IMG/VR virus record: IMGVR_UViG_3300025372_000018
Span: 1 to 43,401 of that record
Source: a virus
Taxonomy: Duplodnaviria > Caudoviricetes
Direction: 5' to 3' (one strand)
DNA: 43,401 nucleotides
Shown here: positions 18,128-26,709 of the stretch, one piece after another
Layout: the number at the start of each line of letters is the position of its first letter
Numbering within the stretch: position 1 is the stretch's first letter
Made by a program: the position numbers and the translations under genes
The notes under the pieces: generated by a model
What the model was told of the DNA's origin: nothing
Databases searched by the model: none
The model's input: the letters and a program-made list of their open reading frames with translations, nothing else

Positions 18128-18700
18128 ATGGGATGGACTGGGACACAATGCTTTTTCAAAATCAGTCGCAAAGACTTTTTGATCAAAGAATTTACGCAAG
18201 AAAACGATACCCACAAATGGTGGCTAACCAATATCTCGATGCGTGGCAACACCGCATATTGCATTAGTTGGCAAGAGGAGAAAGCCACTGGGATCAAACA
18301 CCATGAGGGCATGGTTATCCTGACAGAGAAACGCAGAGAAGATCCTGACTGGATCTATTACAAGAATATGGGGGAGACTGTATTGCCCTATTACTTTGAT
18401 GCTCCCAAGAGCCTTATTACGACTCTTAACGCATTAGGTATGCCGTTCAATACAAGTGCTAAACAATGGCGAGAGCGATGCTTGGCAAATGCCAGTGTCA
18501 AGAAGCCAAAGTTGAAGTTTGGGGATGTTGTGAAGTTTGCCCATCCGATGTCATTCTCATTTTCTACTGGGAGGGTTGAAGAGGACACCTTTACCTATGT
18601 TGAATACGGGACAAAGAAAAATGTATTCAAGACCAGTCAAGGGCATCTTTGCCGTATATCAAAGTTAGCCAATAAAGAATTTACAGTTCTATCAAACTGA
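18128..18700 (+). CDS. DUF6927-like protein
   Basis: Start MGWTG; YKNMGETVLPYYFDAP...AKQWRERC; TGA stop lies inside the HH3 core. Confidence 0.65.
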   Translation: MGWTGTQCFFKISRKDFLIKEFTQENDTHKWWLTNISMRGNTAYCISWQEEKATGIKHHEGMVILTEKRREDPDWIYYKNMGETVLPYYFDAPKSLITTLNALGMPFNTSAKQWRERCLANASVKKPKLKFGDVVKFAHPMSFSFSTGRVEEDTFTYVEYGTKKNVFKTSQGHLCRISKLANKEFTVLSN

Positions 18701-18784
18701 TGAGCCAAGAGTAATGGCGAAACAAGTAAGTATGAGACCGCAAAGTCGTATGACGAGACCGCAAATTACTTACTTGTCTTTGAT
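18691..18784 (+). ncRNA. Hammerhead ribozyme, type I, extended stem III (HH3)
   Basis: Stem I AUCAAA/UUUGAU; CUGAUGA; stem II GCCA-AGAGUAA-UGGC; GAAA; stem III CAAGUAAGUA/UACUUACUUG with 34-nt insert; GUC cleavage after 18778. Confidence 0.93.
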
Positions 18785-18804
18785 TAACTGCTAGGAGAAT
18801 TAAC

Positions 18805-19272
18805 ATGGGTTTAGATATGTATTTAACCGCTAAGAAATACCTTTGGTCTGATGCCGATAAGGAGTTATCTGCCAAGATCAATGAAGCCATTGGAGTTGAG
18901 CCTGACTTTGAGAAACGATTTAATGGTTCGAGTTTGGTTGCTAAAGAGATATCACTGGATGCGATGTATTGGAGAAAAGCCAATGCCATTCATGGATGGT
19001 TCGTCAATGTTGTGCAAGACGGGGAGGATAACTGCCGAGAATATGAGGTAGATCGAGAACAGTTGGAGACACTGCGAGACTTGTGCAAAGACATCCTTGA
19101 GCATCCTGATGCTGAAAGGGAGACCGACTTAGAGCCGACTGAGGGATTCTTCTTTGGTTCTTACAAAAAAGACGAATGGTATTACGAAGACCTGAAGAAC
19201 ACTGTTGAGGGGTTGGATAAGGTTTTGGCATTACCTGACGAGTATTCATTTAGCTATCAAGCCAGTTGGTAA
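18805..19272 (+). CDS. Conserved phage protein (MGLDMY / YWRKANAIHGWF family)
   Basis: Hallmark motifs MGLDMYL, YWRKANAIHGWF, GFFFGS, YQASW; SD within box. Confidence 0.8.
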   Translation: MGLDMYLTAKKYLWSDADKELSAKINEAIGVEPDFEKRFNGSSLVAKEISLDAMYWRKANAIHGWFVNVVQDGEDNCREYEVDREQLETLRDLCKDILEHPDAERETDLEPTEGFFFGSYKKDEWYYEDLKNTVEGLDKVLALPDEYSFSYQASW

Positions 19273-19282
19273 GGAGAGAGCC

Positions 19283-19573
19283 ATGCAAAACATATGCGAA
19301 GACGGATATCAGGGCAATCACGATCCAGTATTAGATGAGTTTGGATTAGATGCTTACGAGCAGATTCAGATGAATTATGAGTCTCTTGACAATGGATCAG
19401 TGGTTGTCAATTTTGATGTATGGGACACCGATAATGACCAAGTTGTAAAGCAAGGGGGTTATGTCATGGTGCGTAAAGACGAAGATGACAAAGTGTTTGC
19501 CGTTGTCGTTATTGATGCCAATGGCGATAAGGTTGCAGAGGTTCATTTGCCATTTAACTTTTTGGAGTGCTGA
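19283..19573 (+). CDS. Acidic hypothetical protein
   Basis: Start MQNICED after AAGGAG. Confidence 0.7.
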   Translation: MQNICEDGYQGNHDPVLDEFGLDAYEQIQMNYESLDNGSVVVNFDVWDTDNDQVVKQGGYVMVRKDEDDKVFAVVVIDANGDKVAEVHLPFNFLEC

Positions 19574-19574
19574 T

Positions 19575-19853
19575 ATGCCAAAAATGCACATTAAAGCGTA
19601 TGAGGTTCTTATCAAATCAGAATGGTATGAAGAGCCTACCTATGTCTTACTGGGAGTAGATGAAGAGGGTCATCCTGATTATGCCGTTTGGGAGTGTTGG
19701 GCAGATGAAAAGATTTACTTTTATTTGTCTCCCGATGAAATGGCTAATCTCAAAGTTGGGGATGTTCTTAACGATGGCGAGGATTTTACGATCCTTGAGA
19801 TTGATCCTGAGCCGACTATTTACGAAGTTGAATACGAATTGGAGACTGTATGA
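19575..19853 (+). CDS. Acidic hypothetical protein
   Basis: Start MPKMHIK after GGAG; DEKIYFY. Confidence 0.7.
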   Translation: MPKMHIKAYEVLIKSEWYEEPTYVLLGVDEEGHPDYAVWECWADEKIYFYLSPDEMANLKVGDVLNDGEDFTILEIDPEPTIYEVEYELETV

Positions 19854-20101
19854 AAGATATCAAAGATTACGACAAATACTGGAATGACGAAGCTAAAAAA
19901 CTATTGCTTCACAAACGCATTGTCAATGTTCGGTATTTAACGCAACAAGAGACTGAAGACATGGGTTGGCATGAAAGGGTTGTTGCCTTTCAAACGCATG
20001 ATGGATTGTGGTTTTTCCCCAGTTGCGATGATGAGGGAAACAGTGGAGGTGCATTATTTACTTCCGATGAAAAACAAAGTTGTTTACCAGTAATGAGGTA
20101 A
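19850..20101 (+). CDS. Conserved phage protein (DDEGNxGG motif)
   Basis: FPSCDDEGNSGGALFT. Confidence 0.75.
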   Translation: MKDIKDYDKYWNDEAKKLLLHKRIVNVRYLTQQETEDMGWHERVVAFQTHDGLWFFPSCDDEGNSGGALFTSDEKQSCLPVMR

Positions 20102-20289
20102 TGATGCCTAAATACATTATCAGGGCTGAGACCAATGTGATGTATGAGAGGGTTATAGAAGCCACCAGTGAAGCCGATGCTTGGGAAAAGGGCAAAGCCC
20201 TACCTGAGTGCGACTTTCACTTGGTAGGCGAATATGACCATGTTGTCTACGATGTAGAACAAACCGATGACGATGAGGATATCGAATGA
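20101..20289 (+). CDS. DpnD/PcfM-like small protein
   Basis: MPKYIIRAETNVMYERVIEATSEADAWEK. Confidence 0.6.
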   Translation: MMPKYIIRAETNVMYERVIEATSEADAWEKGKALPECDFHLVGEYDHVVYDVEQTDDDEDIE

Positions 20290-20498
20290 AAAATGTTTAC
20301 TTAGTTGAAACCAGTGAGACTTGTTTGGTTCACAAGCAATACTCCGTATGTGCTTACACGATGGAGCAAGCCAAAGATATGGTTTTGCGTGGGGATCTTT
20401 ATGACTCAGGCAGGGAATTAGATCATTGGATTATGGATGATCTTGATGTCAATGAAATAAGAAGTATCAAACATTCAAGAGTAGTGGAGGAAGACTGA
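20286..20498 (+). CDS. DpnD/PcfM-like small protein
   Basis: MKNVYLVETSE...YSVCAYTMEQAKDMV. Confidence 0.55.
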   Translation: MKNVYLVETSETCLVHKQYSVCAYTMEQAKDMVLRGDLYDSGRELDHWIMDDLDVNEIRSIKHSRVVEED

Positions 20499-20716
20499 TG
20501 TTTGAAGTTCAACACTACACCCTGTGCGATGGTTGGATTAACTGTTGGTCGGAGGAGGATGAAAACGGAGTAATGATCCCCTCCATTTATAGGACATATA
20601 CCGAAGCCCTAGATGCCTTGAATGAATTTCTTGAAGATGAGTTGATGGAATTTAACGCTGGCAATATTGATTCGATGTATGAATTAGACGAGTTCAGAAT
20701 AATGGAGATTTTTTAA
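20498..20716 (+). CDS. Small acidic protein
   Basis: FEVQHYTLCDGWINCW; coupled. Confidence 0.7.
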   Translation: MFEVQHYTLCDGWINCWSEEDENGVMIPSIYRTYTEALDALNEFLEDELMEFNAGNIDSMYELDEFRIMEIF

Positions 20717-20901
20717 TGCCTAAGAAAACATTGGAAGAAATTGAAGCAGAGATGAACAACATGGTTTTCCAATTAACGAAGCTATGCAAGATGGAGTATT
20801 ACGACTGGCGATTAGAAGACAGGATGCACTATGGTCGGCTGATGGCTATGAAGCAAAGAAGATTGGCTGAACAACAACATAAGAGGACTGAAAATGCCTA
20901 A
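20716..20901 (+). CDS. Small helical protein
   Basis: 61 aa, coupled. Confidence 0.6.
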   Translation: MPKKTLEEIEAEMNNMVFQLTKLCKMEYYDWRLEDRMHYGRLMAMKQRRLAEQQHKRTENA

Positions 20902-21064
20902 ATACGAAGTTAGCTATACATCATGGGTAACGATTGAAGTAGATGCCCATGATGATGACCAAGCCCTTTCTATGGCTGATGCCATTCTCGACACCTTTAC
21001 TGGTGCTGACTTTAGAGAATGTTGTGATTATCAAGGGATCAGGGAGGTAGAACATGGATTATGA
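20894..21064 (+). CDS. DpnD/PcfM-like small protein (56 aa)
   Basis: Not in track: MPKYEVSYTSWVTIEVDAHDDDQALSMA...; GAGG SD. Confidence 0.6.
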   Translation: MPKYEVSYTSWVTIEVDAHDDDQALSMADAILDTFTGADFRECCDYQGIREVEHGL

Positions 21065-21230
21065 GCAATTAAAAGACTTGGTTGGCGAGGACAATGCCAT
21101 TTCAGTCTATGACTATTTTGCCGACTTTACAGTCGATAACTTGATCCAGTTGGTGCTAGATGGCTACACACCTAGCCAGTTGTTGCACCTTGCCAAGCAA
21201 TTAAACCCGTTGGAGGATGACGATGTCTAA
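21054..21230 (+). CDS. Small acidic protein (58 aa)
   Basis: Not in track: MDYEQLKDLVGEDNAISVYDYF...; GGAGG SD. Confidence 0.65.
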   Translation: MDYEQLKDLVGEDNAISVYDYFADFTVDNLIQLVLDGYTPSQLLHLAKQLNPLEDDDV

Positions 21231-21387
21231 TTGGAAACCAGTTGAATTGGTAGAAGACTATTGGATCATTATTGATGAGGATAGCCAAGAAGAGTATCAG
21301 GATGGCACTGGTCATAACATGATGTTTATAAATAAATGGGGTGCTGAAAGAAGGATTCAACAAATAAAGGAAGAAGAAAATGCCTAA
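21223..21387 (+). CDS. Small acidic protein (54 aa)
   Basis: Not in track: MSNWKPVELVEDYWIIIDED...; GGAGG SD. Confidence 0.6.
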   Translation: MSNWKPVELVEDYWIIIDEDSQEEYQDGTGHNMMFINKWGAERRIQQIKEEENA

Positions 21388-21613
21388 CATGAACCGCCTA
21401 CACCGATTCAAGGAATTACTTTGGAATAAGTATGACGAAGAGATCAAAGAAGAGACTGATTGGTTTTACAAGGGATGGGGTTGGGAGATTAACTTTGTCG
21501 AGGATGAAAATGAATCCAGTGCCGTTATCTATCGTGTCAAGGATGGTTTGACTGACTGGAGCGATTACATCGTTTTAGAACGCTATATCAAAGAATGGAG
21601 GAAAGTTGTATGA
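21380..21613 (+). CDS. Small hypothetical protein
   Basis: 77 aa, coupled. Confidence 0.65.
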   Translation: MPNMNRLHRFKELLWNKYDEEIKEETDWFYKGWGWEINFVEDENESSAVIYRVKDGLTDWSDYIVLERYIKEWRKVV

Positions 21614-21804
21614 CTGAACTTTATTTAGTAAAAAGCAGTGGCGAAGATGAATGGGGTAATGAGTATTGGGAAAACCTACAAATCTTTGAGAATCCTACTT
21701 TAGCTAGGAAGTTTGTAGCCAAGCTAAAAAGGTTGTTGAGAAAAGATAAGTCTACCGATAAGGTGGAGATTGAGAACTTCACGCTGAGAACGGAGGAAAT
21801 ATGA
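21610..21804 (+). CDS. Small hypothetical protein
   Basis: Start MTELYLV after GGAGG. Confidence 0.65.
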   Translation: MTELYLVKSSGEDEWGNEYWENLQIFENPTLARKFVAKLKRLLRKDKSTDKVEIENFTLRTEEI

Positions 21805-21977
21805 ATAAATGGGAAGTAGTGCCATTCTTTGACTATGACGATTACTACCAAGTTGGTAGAACAGTCATGGTAGATGGAAAGTATAAATTTGAATCAAAGG
21901 GCATCAAGTATCGGGAAAAATCACAAGCTGAGACTTATGCAAACAAACTTAATAACAAGGAGAATCAAAATGCCTAA
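21801..21977 (+). CDS. Small hypothetical protein (58 aa)
   Basis: Not in track: MNKWEVVPFFDYDDYYQVGR...AETYANKLN; GGAGG SD. Confidence 0.6.
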   Translation: MNKWEVVPFFDYDDYYQVGRTVMVDGKYKFESKGIKYREKSQAETYANKLNNKENQNA

Positions 21978-22554
21978 TTGGTGCGATAACACATTGTATT
22001 TAACTCACAAAGATCCAAAGATGGTGGACAAAGCCATTGAGGGATGGAAGAACAATAAATTTTTTGCAACACTGCGACCTGAACCTGATTACACAAAAGT
22101 CAAAGTAAAGCCTACATTTCCTATGAATGTGGCTACTGGGCAAGCAAAGCCTGAGTTTGTCGAAGCTGACCAAGCATGGTGGGATTGGCGATTACAGAAC
22201 TGGGGAACAAAGTGGGAGATTGTCTCCGATGAAAGCTATATGGACATTCAAGAGAATGAGCATGGCAAATCTATCAGGGCATCATTTTCTACTGCGTGGA
22301 GTCCTCCCACTGACTTGTATGAGTATCTGCATGAAGAGGGTTATGAGATCAAAGCCCACTACTATGAGGGTGGTTGTGCCTTTTGTGGCACATGGGAAGA
22401 TGGTATGGAAGACTTCTATAACATTGAGCCACCTGAAGGTATGAAGACTAGCGTGTGGGTGCGTGAGAACATTCCTGAAGAACTCGATGCAGAGATGGGT
22501 ATTGCCGATAGCTATGAATCATTTGAAGACGAAGATGAAGAGGAGCAAGCCTAA
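21970..22554 (+). CDS. YubB/Api92-like ferredoxin-like fold protein
   Basis: MPNWCDN, WWDWRLQNWGTKW, FSTAWSPP, YYEGGCAFCG; AAGGAG SD. Confidence 0.8.
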   Translation: MPNWCDNTLYLTHKDPKMVDKAIEGWKNNKFFATLRPEPDYTKVKVKPTFPMNVATGQAKPEFVEADQAWWDWRLQNWGTKWEIVSDESYMDIQENEHGKSIRASFSTAWSPPTDLYEYLHEEGYEIKAHYYEGGCAFCGTWEDGMEDFYNIEPPEGMKTSVWVRENIPEELDAEMGIADSYESFEDEDEEEQA

Positions 22555-22724
22555 TGACTAAATACAATGTTTATGCAACGGAAAAAGTTTGGTATCAAAT
22601 TAAAGTAATTGCCAATACAGAAGAAGAAGCAAGACAAATGGTTATGGATGGTAATTACTCATCTTATGAAGCTATTGATGGCGAAAATTTTAATATTTTA
22701 GAGATTGAAAAGGAAGAAGCATGA
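22554..22724 (+). CDS. DpnD/PcfM-like small protein (56 aa)
   Basis: Not in track: MTKYNVYATEKVWYQIKVIANTEEEARQMV. Confidence 0.6.
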   Translation: MTKYNVYATEKVWYQIKVIANTEEEARQMVMDGNYSSYEAIDGENFNILEIEKEEA

Positions 22725-22888
22725 ACCAAGCAGACAAAGATGCTCAGAAGTGGATGGAGATGAATCAGAGAGTGCAATACCGCAACCTTATTAAAGCCAA
22801 AGAACTAGGCGATCTTTACTATATCGACCAACATGGCACAGTCATTGTCCATGATCCGAAAGAAGAGAATGAACCTAAAGAACTGTAA
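22721..22888 (+). CDS. Small hypothetical protein (55 aa)
   Basis: Not in track: MNQADKDAQKWMEMNQRVQYRNLIKAKELG... Confidence 0.55.
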   Translation: MNQADKDAQKWMEMNQRVQYRNLIKAKELGDLYYIDQHGTVIVHDPKEENEPKEL

Positions 22889-23150
22889 GGGGAAAGTGCC
22901 AGTCTTTGTGGGGGGCGATGCCCCTTACAAACTGGTGGATTTTCCGACTAGGGAGCAATTTGACGAAATGTTCAAGCGTAACAATGTTGTTTTACGGGAG
23001 AAATACTGGAATGTTTTGAAGAAGCGTTCACAAGGGCATACACTTATAGAAGTAGGAGGAATGTATACCCTGACTCGTGAAAGGATCAGGCAGATAGAAG
23101 CTAAGTTTTTAAAGAAAGTAGCAGTTTCTTTAGAGACTGGGATGCTTTGA
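22869..23150 (+). CDS. Sigma-70 region 4-like HTH protein
   Basis: HTLIEVGGMYTLTRERIRQIEAK matches the region 4.2 signature. Confidence 0.75.
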   Translation: MNLKNCKGKVPVFVGGDAPYKLVDFPTREQFDEMFKRNNVVLREKYWNVLKKRSQGHTLIEVGGMYTLTRERIRQIEAKFLKKVAVSLETGML

Positions 23151-23928
23151 AATTGCCCACTCGCCTATGGTAATCGTTGAAATCCTCCCCGATTGTTGGG
23201 GAGATCCAATACGGCTTGCCTGTTTTTTTGGCAGTCATTTCTCCGACACTGTTGGGATCGTTATCGGCAATAATGATCCCGTTCCCGATGTTCCGACTTA
23301 CAAACTCCATGTTGCTTGCACTAAAGCAAATATTGACCGAATACGGCAGATTCATCTGTTTCATAATATCCCTGACGGACAAGCCAGTGGCATAACCCTC
23401 GCAAAATATTGCAGTCCCTTTTGCTCCAATCGTGAAAGTTGCTCCTTTGCTCGTCTGACCATGCAAGAACTTCTTGTTCCCCTCATGGTCGATGAGTTGG
23501 CATCCTATCAAGGTCTTACCACTTCTCATCGGAATGACTAAGATCTCTTTATTATCTTTGACCCAAACATTGCCATGTTCCATAGGAAATCCCTTTTTGA
23601 TAAGGTATGGATGAGTTTGCATACTGCACTGGCTAAGAATCCACTCTGCTTTTTCCCTTGCTTTTTGTGCCAGTTGGTCTCTTTCTTGATTTGACGAGGC
23701 TATACGCTTCTTTACATCCGCTGACGAGGGCGATTTTCCTTGCGCAAACCAAGTTACAGGCTTTTCCATCGTTGCCCAGTTGATGACCCAACCAACCTCG
23801 CCTAAGAACTTGTAGCGACCATTGGAGGATCTTGGGTGGTCTTCCGTTGGAGTAGCGACCCACTTGTCATAGATAACATTGTTCAGGATCAAGCCATGAT
23901 CCCTAGCGAAATTGACGAACTCAATCAT
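23101..23928 (-). CDS. TOPRIM-domain DNA primase
   Basis: HPYL..KG, CEGYATGLS, IIADND, DFNDY. Confidence 0.85.
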   Translation of the reverse strand: MIEFVNFARDHGLILNNVIYDKWVATPTEDHPRSSNGRYKFLGEVGWVINWATMEKPVTWFAQGKSPSSADVKKRIASSNQERDQLAQKAREKAEWILSQCSMQTHPYLIKKGFPMEHGNVWVKDNKEILVIPMRSGKTLIGCQLIDHEGNKKFLHGQTSKGATFTIGAKGTAIFCEGYATGLSVRDIMKQMNLPYSVNICFSASNMEFVSRNIGNGIIIADNDPNSVGEMTAKKTGKPYWISPTIGEDFNDYHRRVGNFKASQSLKKLLLSLKT

Positions 23929-25412
23929 GCTGCCTTCCTCATTTTATTTTGTCGTTTTGACCAAGCAATATTGCGGTGCTGCACCCACTTTTGAGTTTCC
24001 AGTGACGGCACTCTTCTGACCTCATCTAATCCACGAGGCCATACTCCGAACTTCTCTCGATACTTGTTACTTGCCCAGTAAGGGTTATAAAGTTTCTCTT
24101 GGGCGATATAGAGTAATTCTGAATAGAACTTTTGCTTCACATCCTTTTCTACTCTGCCGTTAAAGCCAAGCTCTACAAGCTCTCCCTCGACTGCTTCAAT
24201 TTGCCGTCTTGGTCTGACATAGCCACAAGATGCACAAGAATGACTGCCTTTAATCCATAGGGCATGGCATTGTGGGCATTGTTGTTCTGCTTTTTCCCCT
24301 TCTGTTGGTTCTTTCTTGGTCTTTTCAATCTTCTTATCAAGATCTTTGACCCCTTCAGCATAGATTTCTTCCCAGTCTTCCCTAAATCGAATGTAATTGC
24401 CTGAGTGATCGAGCCATAAACCGAACTCTTTCCCCTCATAAGATCGCATTACACGACCCAGTTGCTGAATATGAGAAGAAAGTGACTTACTAAAAGGGCG
24501 AGCTGATACCCCAACCATAACATCAGGCACATCAAACCCACGAGTAAGGATATCAGTAGCAATAAGCCCATGAATATCTGTATCAGGCTTGGCGAAGTCA
24601 TCGATTACCTCCTGTTTGTATTCGCCACTGTCCTTGTAGGAGATGCTGACGAAGTTATAACCCTTGCGAGCAAACTGCTCTACTAAATCCTGACCATGTG
24701 CGACACCAGCACAAAACACAATGGTCTTTCTTGGTCTGCCAAAGACTTCATGGCACTTCTTAATCCATTCGGCAACAATGTCCCCTGTGATCTGCATACC
24801 ACGCTTGGTAACTTCTTCAGGACTCCATTCTCCTGCCAGTTTCTTTGCCCCTTTCATGTCAATTTCTTTGGCAATAAAGACCCGTAGTGGAGCTAACCAC
24901 TTATCATTGACAAGGGATTCGGTGGTTGATGCACACACCACATTGGAATAGATATGACCTAGACCTTTGGTGAACGGAGTGGCGGTAAGCCCAATGACCT
25001 TGATCTTGGGATTGGTCTGAATGATCTCGGTGATCTGCTTGCGAGTGATATGACATTCATCCACGACCAGTAGGTCAATATCAGGGAAGTTTTGCCGTCT
25101 TTCGATGGTTTGTGACGAACAAATTTGGATGCGTTGGGTGGGATCTTTTTTCCAGTGATCAGCCTGTAAAACCCCATGATCGATTGAATACTTGGTAAGG
25201 CGAAGACTGGTCTGATCAATCAAGACTATCCTGTCAAGGATCATGGCAGCCCTTTTGTAATTGTCTGCCGTAGCCTTCATTAGGTAGATTGCGACTTCTG
25301 TCTTACCAAAGCCTGTTGGTGCGTAAAGGAGTTGGCAGCGGTGTCCGTCTTTGAATCCTTGACGGAGTTTATCCACTACCCCCATCTGATGTTCCCTCAG
25401 TACTAAATCCAT
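23925..25412 (-). CDS. Superfamily II DNA helicase with C-terminal Zn ribbon
   Basis: APTGFGKT, DECH, TATP, RGFDVPD, QQLGRVMR, CPQC...CASC. Confidence 0.92.
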   Translation of the reverse strand: MDLVLREHQMGVVDKLRQGFKDGHRCQLLYAPTGFGKTEVAIYLMKATADNYKRAAMILDRIVLIDQTSLRLTKYSIDHGVLQADHWKKDPTQRIQICSSQTIERRQNFPDIDLLVVDECHITRKQITEIIQTNPKIKVIGLTATPFTKGLGHIYSNVVCASTTESLVNDKWLAPLRVFIAKEIDMKGAKKLAGEWSPEEVTKRGMQITGDIVAEWIKKCHEVFGRPRKTIVFCAGVAHGQDLVEQFARKGYNFVSISYKDSGEYKQEVIDDFAKPDTDIHGLIATDILTRGFDVPDVMVGVSARPFSKSLSSHIQQLGRVMRSYEGKEFGLWLDHSGNYIRFREDWEEIYAEGVKDLDKKIEKTKKEPTEGEKAEQQCPQCHALWIKGSHSCASCGYVRPRRQIEAVEGELVELGFNGRVEKDVKQKFYSELLYIAQEKLYNPYWASNKYREKFGVWPRGLDEVRRVPSLETQKWVQHRNIAWSKRQNKMRKAA

Positions 25413-25415
25413 GAC

Positions 25416-26228
25416 TTACTTCTTCTTGGATAAAGATTTGACCTGACGGATCAATTCAGCGTTCCTTTGTTGATACATATCTCGGCTATCACGCAGAGCT
25501 TTGTTGTCAATTTCAAGGACACGAATCTGTTCACGCAGATTTACCACTGTGTCGTGGATGTCCTCAACCTCAATCTCGGTAGCGTTCCATCGTTTGGTGG
25601 CGATGATGTCTCTTGCTTCTGTGAGTTCTTTGTCTAAGATGATGACAGTGTCGGTGAGTTCTTGAATCTTTTCTTCAACGGAGGGGGCTGGTTCTTCTTT
25701 TGGTTCTTCTTTGACCTCAACCTTTGGTTCTTTCTTACTTAACTTCATGGTAGCTTCTTTGCCATGCTTGTTGATGTAAGTAACCTCTTCTTTGGGTGTC
25801 TCTTCCAGTGACTTGCGAATACGACCTATGGTCATGCCTGACACACCGATGTGCTTGCCAATCTGAGCGTTAGACCATTTACTCCATTCGGAGTCTTTAA
25901 TCATGTCTAGAACGATTTGGCGGTTATCTTCTGATGTATGGGGTATGCCATGCTTGTTAGAGCCGTAGGCAAACAGTTTGGCATCTCTGACTGTACCTTC
26001 TTTGACATCGCAGTCAATCGATACATTGCCTATTTGCTTGGTAGCGAAGTAGCGGTGGAATCCTGCTGATAGCCAGTAATCTGAGCCGTCAAAGAACACT
26101 GTTATGGGTGGAAACTCAACCTTGTCACGCATGAGATCTGCGTATTCTTGTACCTTATCTTGGTTAAGTTGTTTGCGTACTTGTGTGCCACCATCAATAC
26201 GGATGACAGCAAGATTTAATCTTTTCAA
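25416..26228 (-). CDS. ParB/Srx-like N-terminal domain, HTH and coiled-coil protein
   Basis: IRIDGGTQVR...FPPITVF...AGFHRY; WSNAQIGKHIGVS; TTG start after box SD. Confidence 0.75.
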   Translation of the reverse strand: MKRLNLAVIRIDGGTQVRKQLNQDKVQEYADLMRDKVEFPPITVFFDGSDYWLSAGFHRYFATKQIGNVSIDCDVKEGTVRDAKLFAYGSNKHGIPHTSEDNRQIVLDMIKDSEWSKWSNAQIGKHIGVSGMTIGRIRKSLEETPKEEVTYINKHGKEATMKLSKKEPKVEVKEEPKEEPAPSVEEKIQELTDTVIILDKELTEARDIIATKRWNATEIEVEDIHDTVVNLREQIRVLEIDNKALRDSRDMYQQRNAELIRQVKSLSKKK

Positions 26229-26235
26229 TTTATTT

Positions 26236-26247
26236 CTCCTAGCAGTT
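26236..26247 (-). promoter_or_regulatory. AACTGCTAGGAG box overlapping SD of ParB-like gene
   Basis: Exact copy of the box found after HH2 and HH3. Confidence 0.75.
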
Positions 26248-26269
26248 GGAAATTCCAGTTTATCAAACT

Positions 26270-26503
26270 TTAGTTATCAAGCCAAGAACAATCCCACTCT
26301 TTTAGTGCAGGGTTTGTCCTAGCTTTCTCTTTTAGCCATTCTTTAATCATTGCCCAGCACTCTTCTTCAAGAATCTCAGGCAGCGGAAACTCTAGCCATG
26401 TAGTTTCAACCGCTGGGGCAGTTATTTCATATTCATCCTGACCTTCATCAAACTTGACTTGTTGACCTTCTGCCCTGATTGGTGCATCCCCAAATCCGTT
26501 CAT
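26270..26503 (-). CDS. Hypothetical protein
   Basis: 77 aa, ATGA overlap. Confidence 0.6.
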   Translation of the reverse strand: MNGFGDAPIRAEGQQVKFDEGQDEYEITAPAVETTWLEFPLPEILEEECWAMIKEWLKEKARTNPALKEWDCSWLDN

Positions 26504-26697
26504 AGCTCTTCCTTTAGTGAATTAATAGCGTATTCAGGAATGTTTTTCCCTTCTTTACGCAAACGAAGAAGTATTTCTATTGCTTCTTCAGCCGTCTTTA
26601 CTGTCCATTCTTCATCGCACCAAATTTCATACTCATCATTGGTGTTATAAAAACAATAAACATCTGACCCATCTGCTCCAAATCTACAAAATGCCAT
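26500..26697 (-). CDS. Small phage protein (CRF...SDVY motif)
   Basis: Start MAFCRFGADGSDVYCF after GGGAG. Confidence 0.65.
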   Translation of the reverse strand: MAFCRFGADGSDVYCFYNTNDEYEIWCDEEWTVKTAEEAIEILLRLRKEGKNIPEYAINSLKEEL

Positions 26698-26709
26698 AAT
26701 TCTGTTCTC

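Noticed and set aside
16555-18800. Repeated intergenic units as a CRISPR array or attC-like cassette sites
   Set aside because: Irregular spacing, only core nucleotides conserved, no cas or integrase gene; fully explained by hammerhead structure
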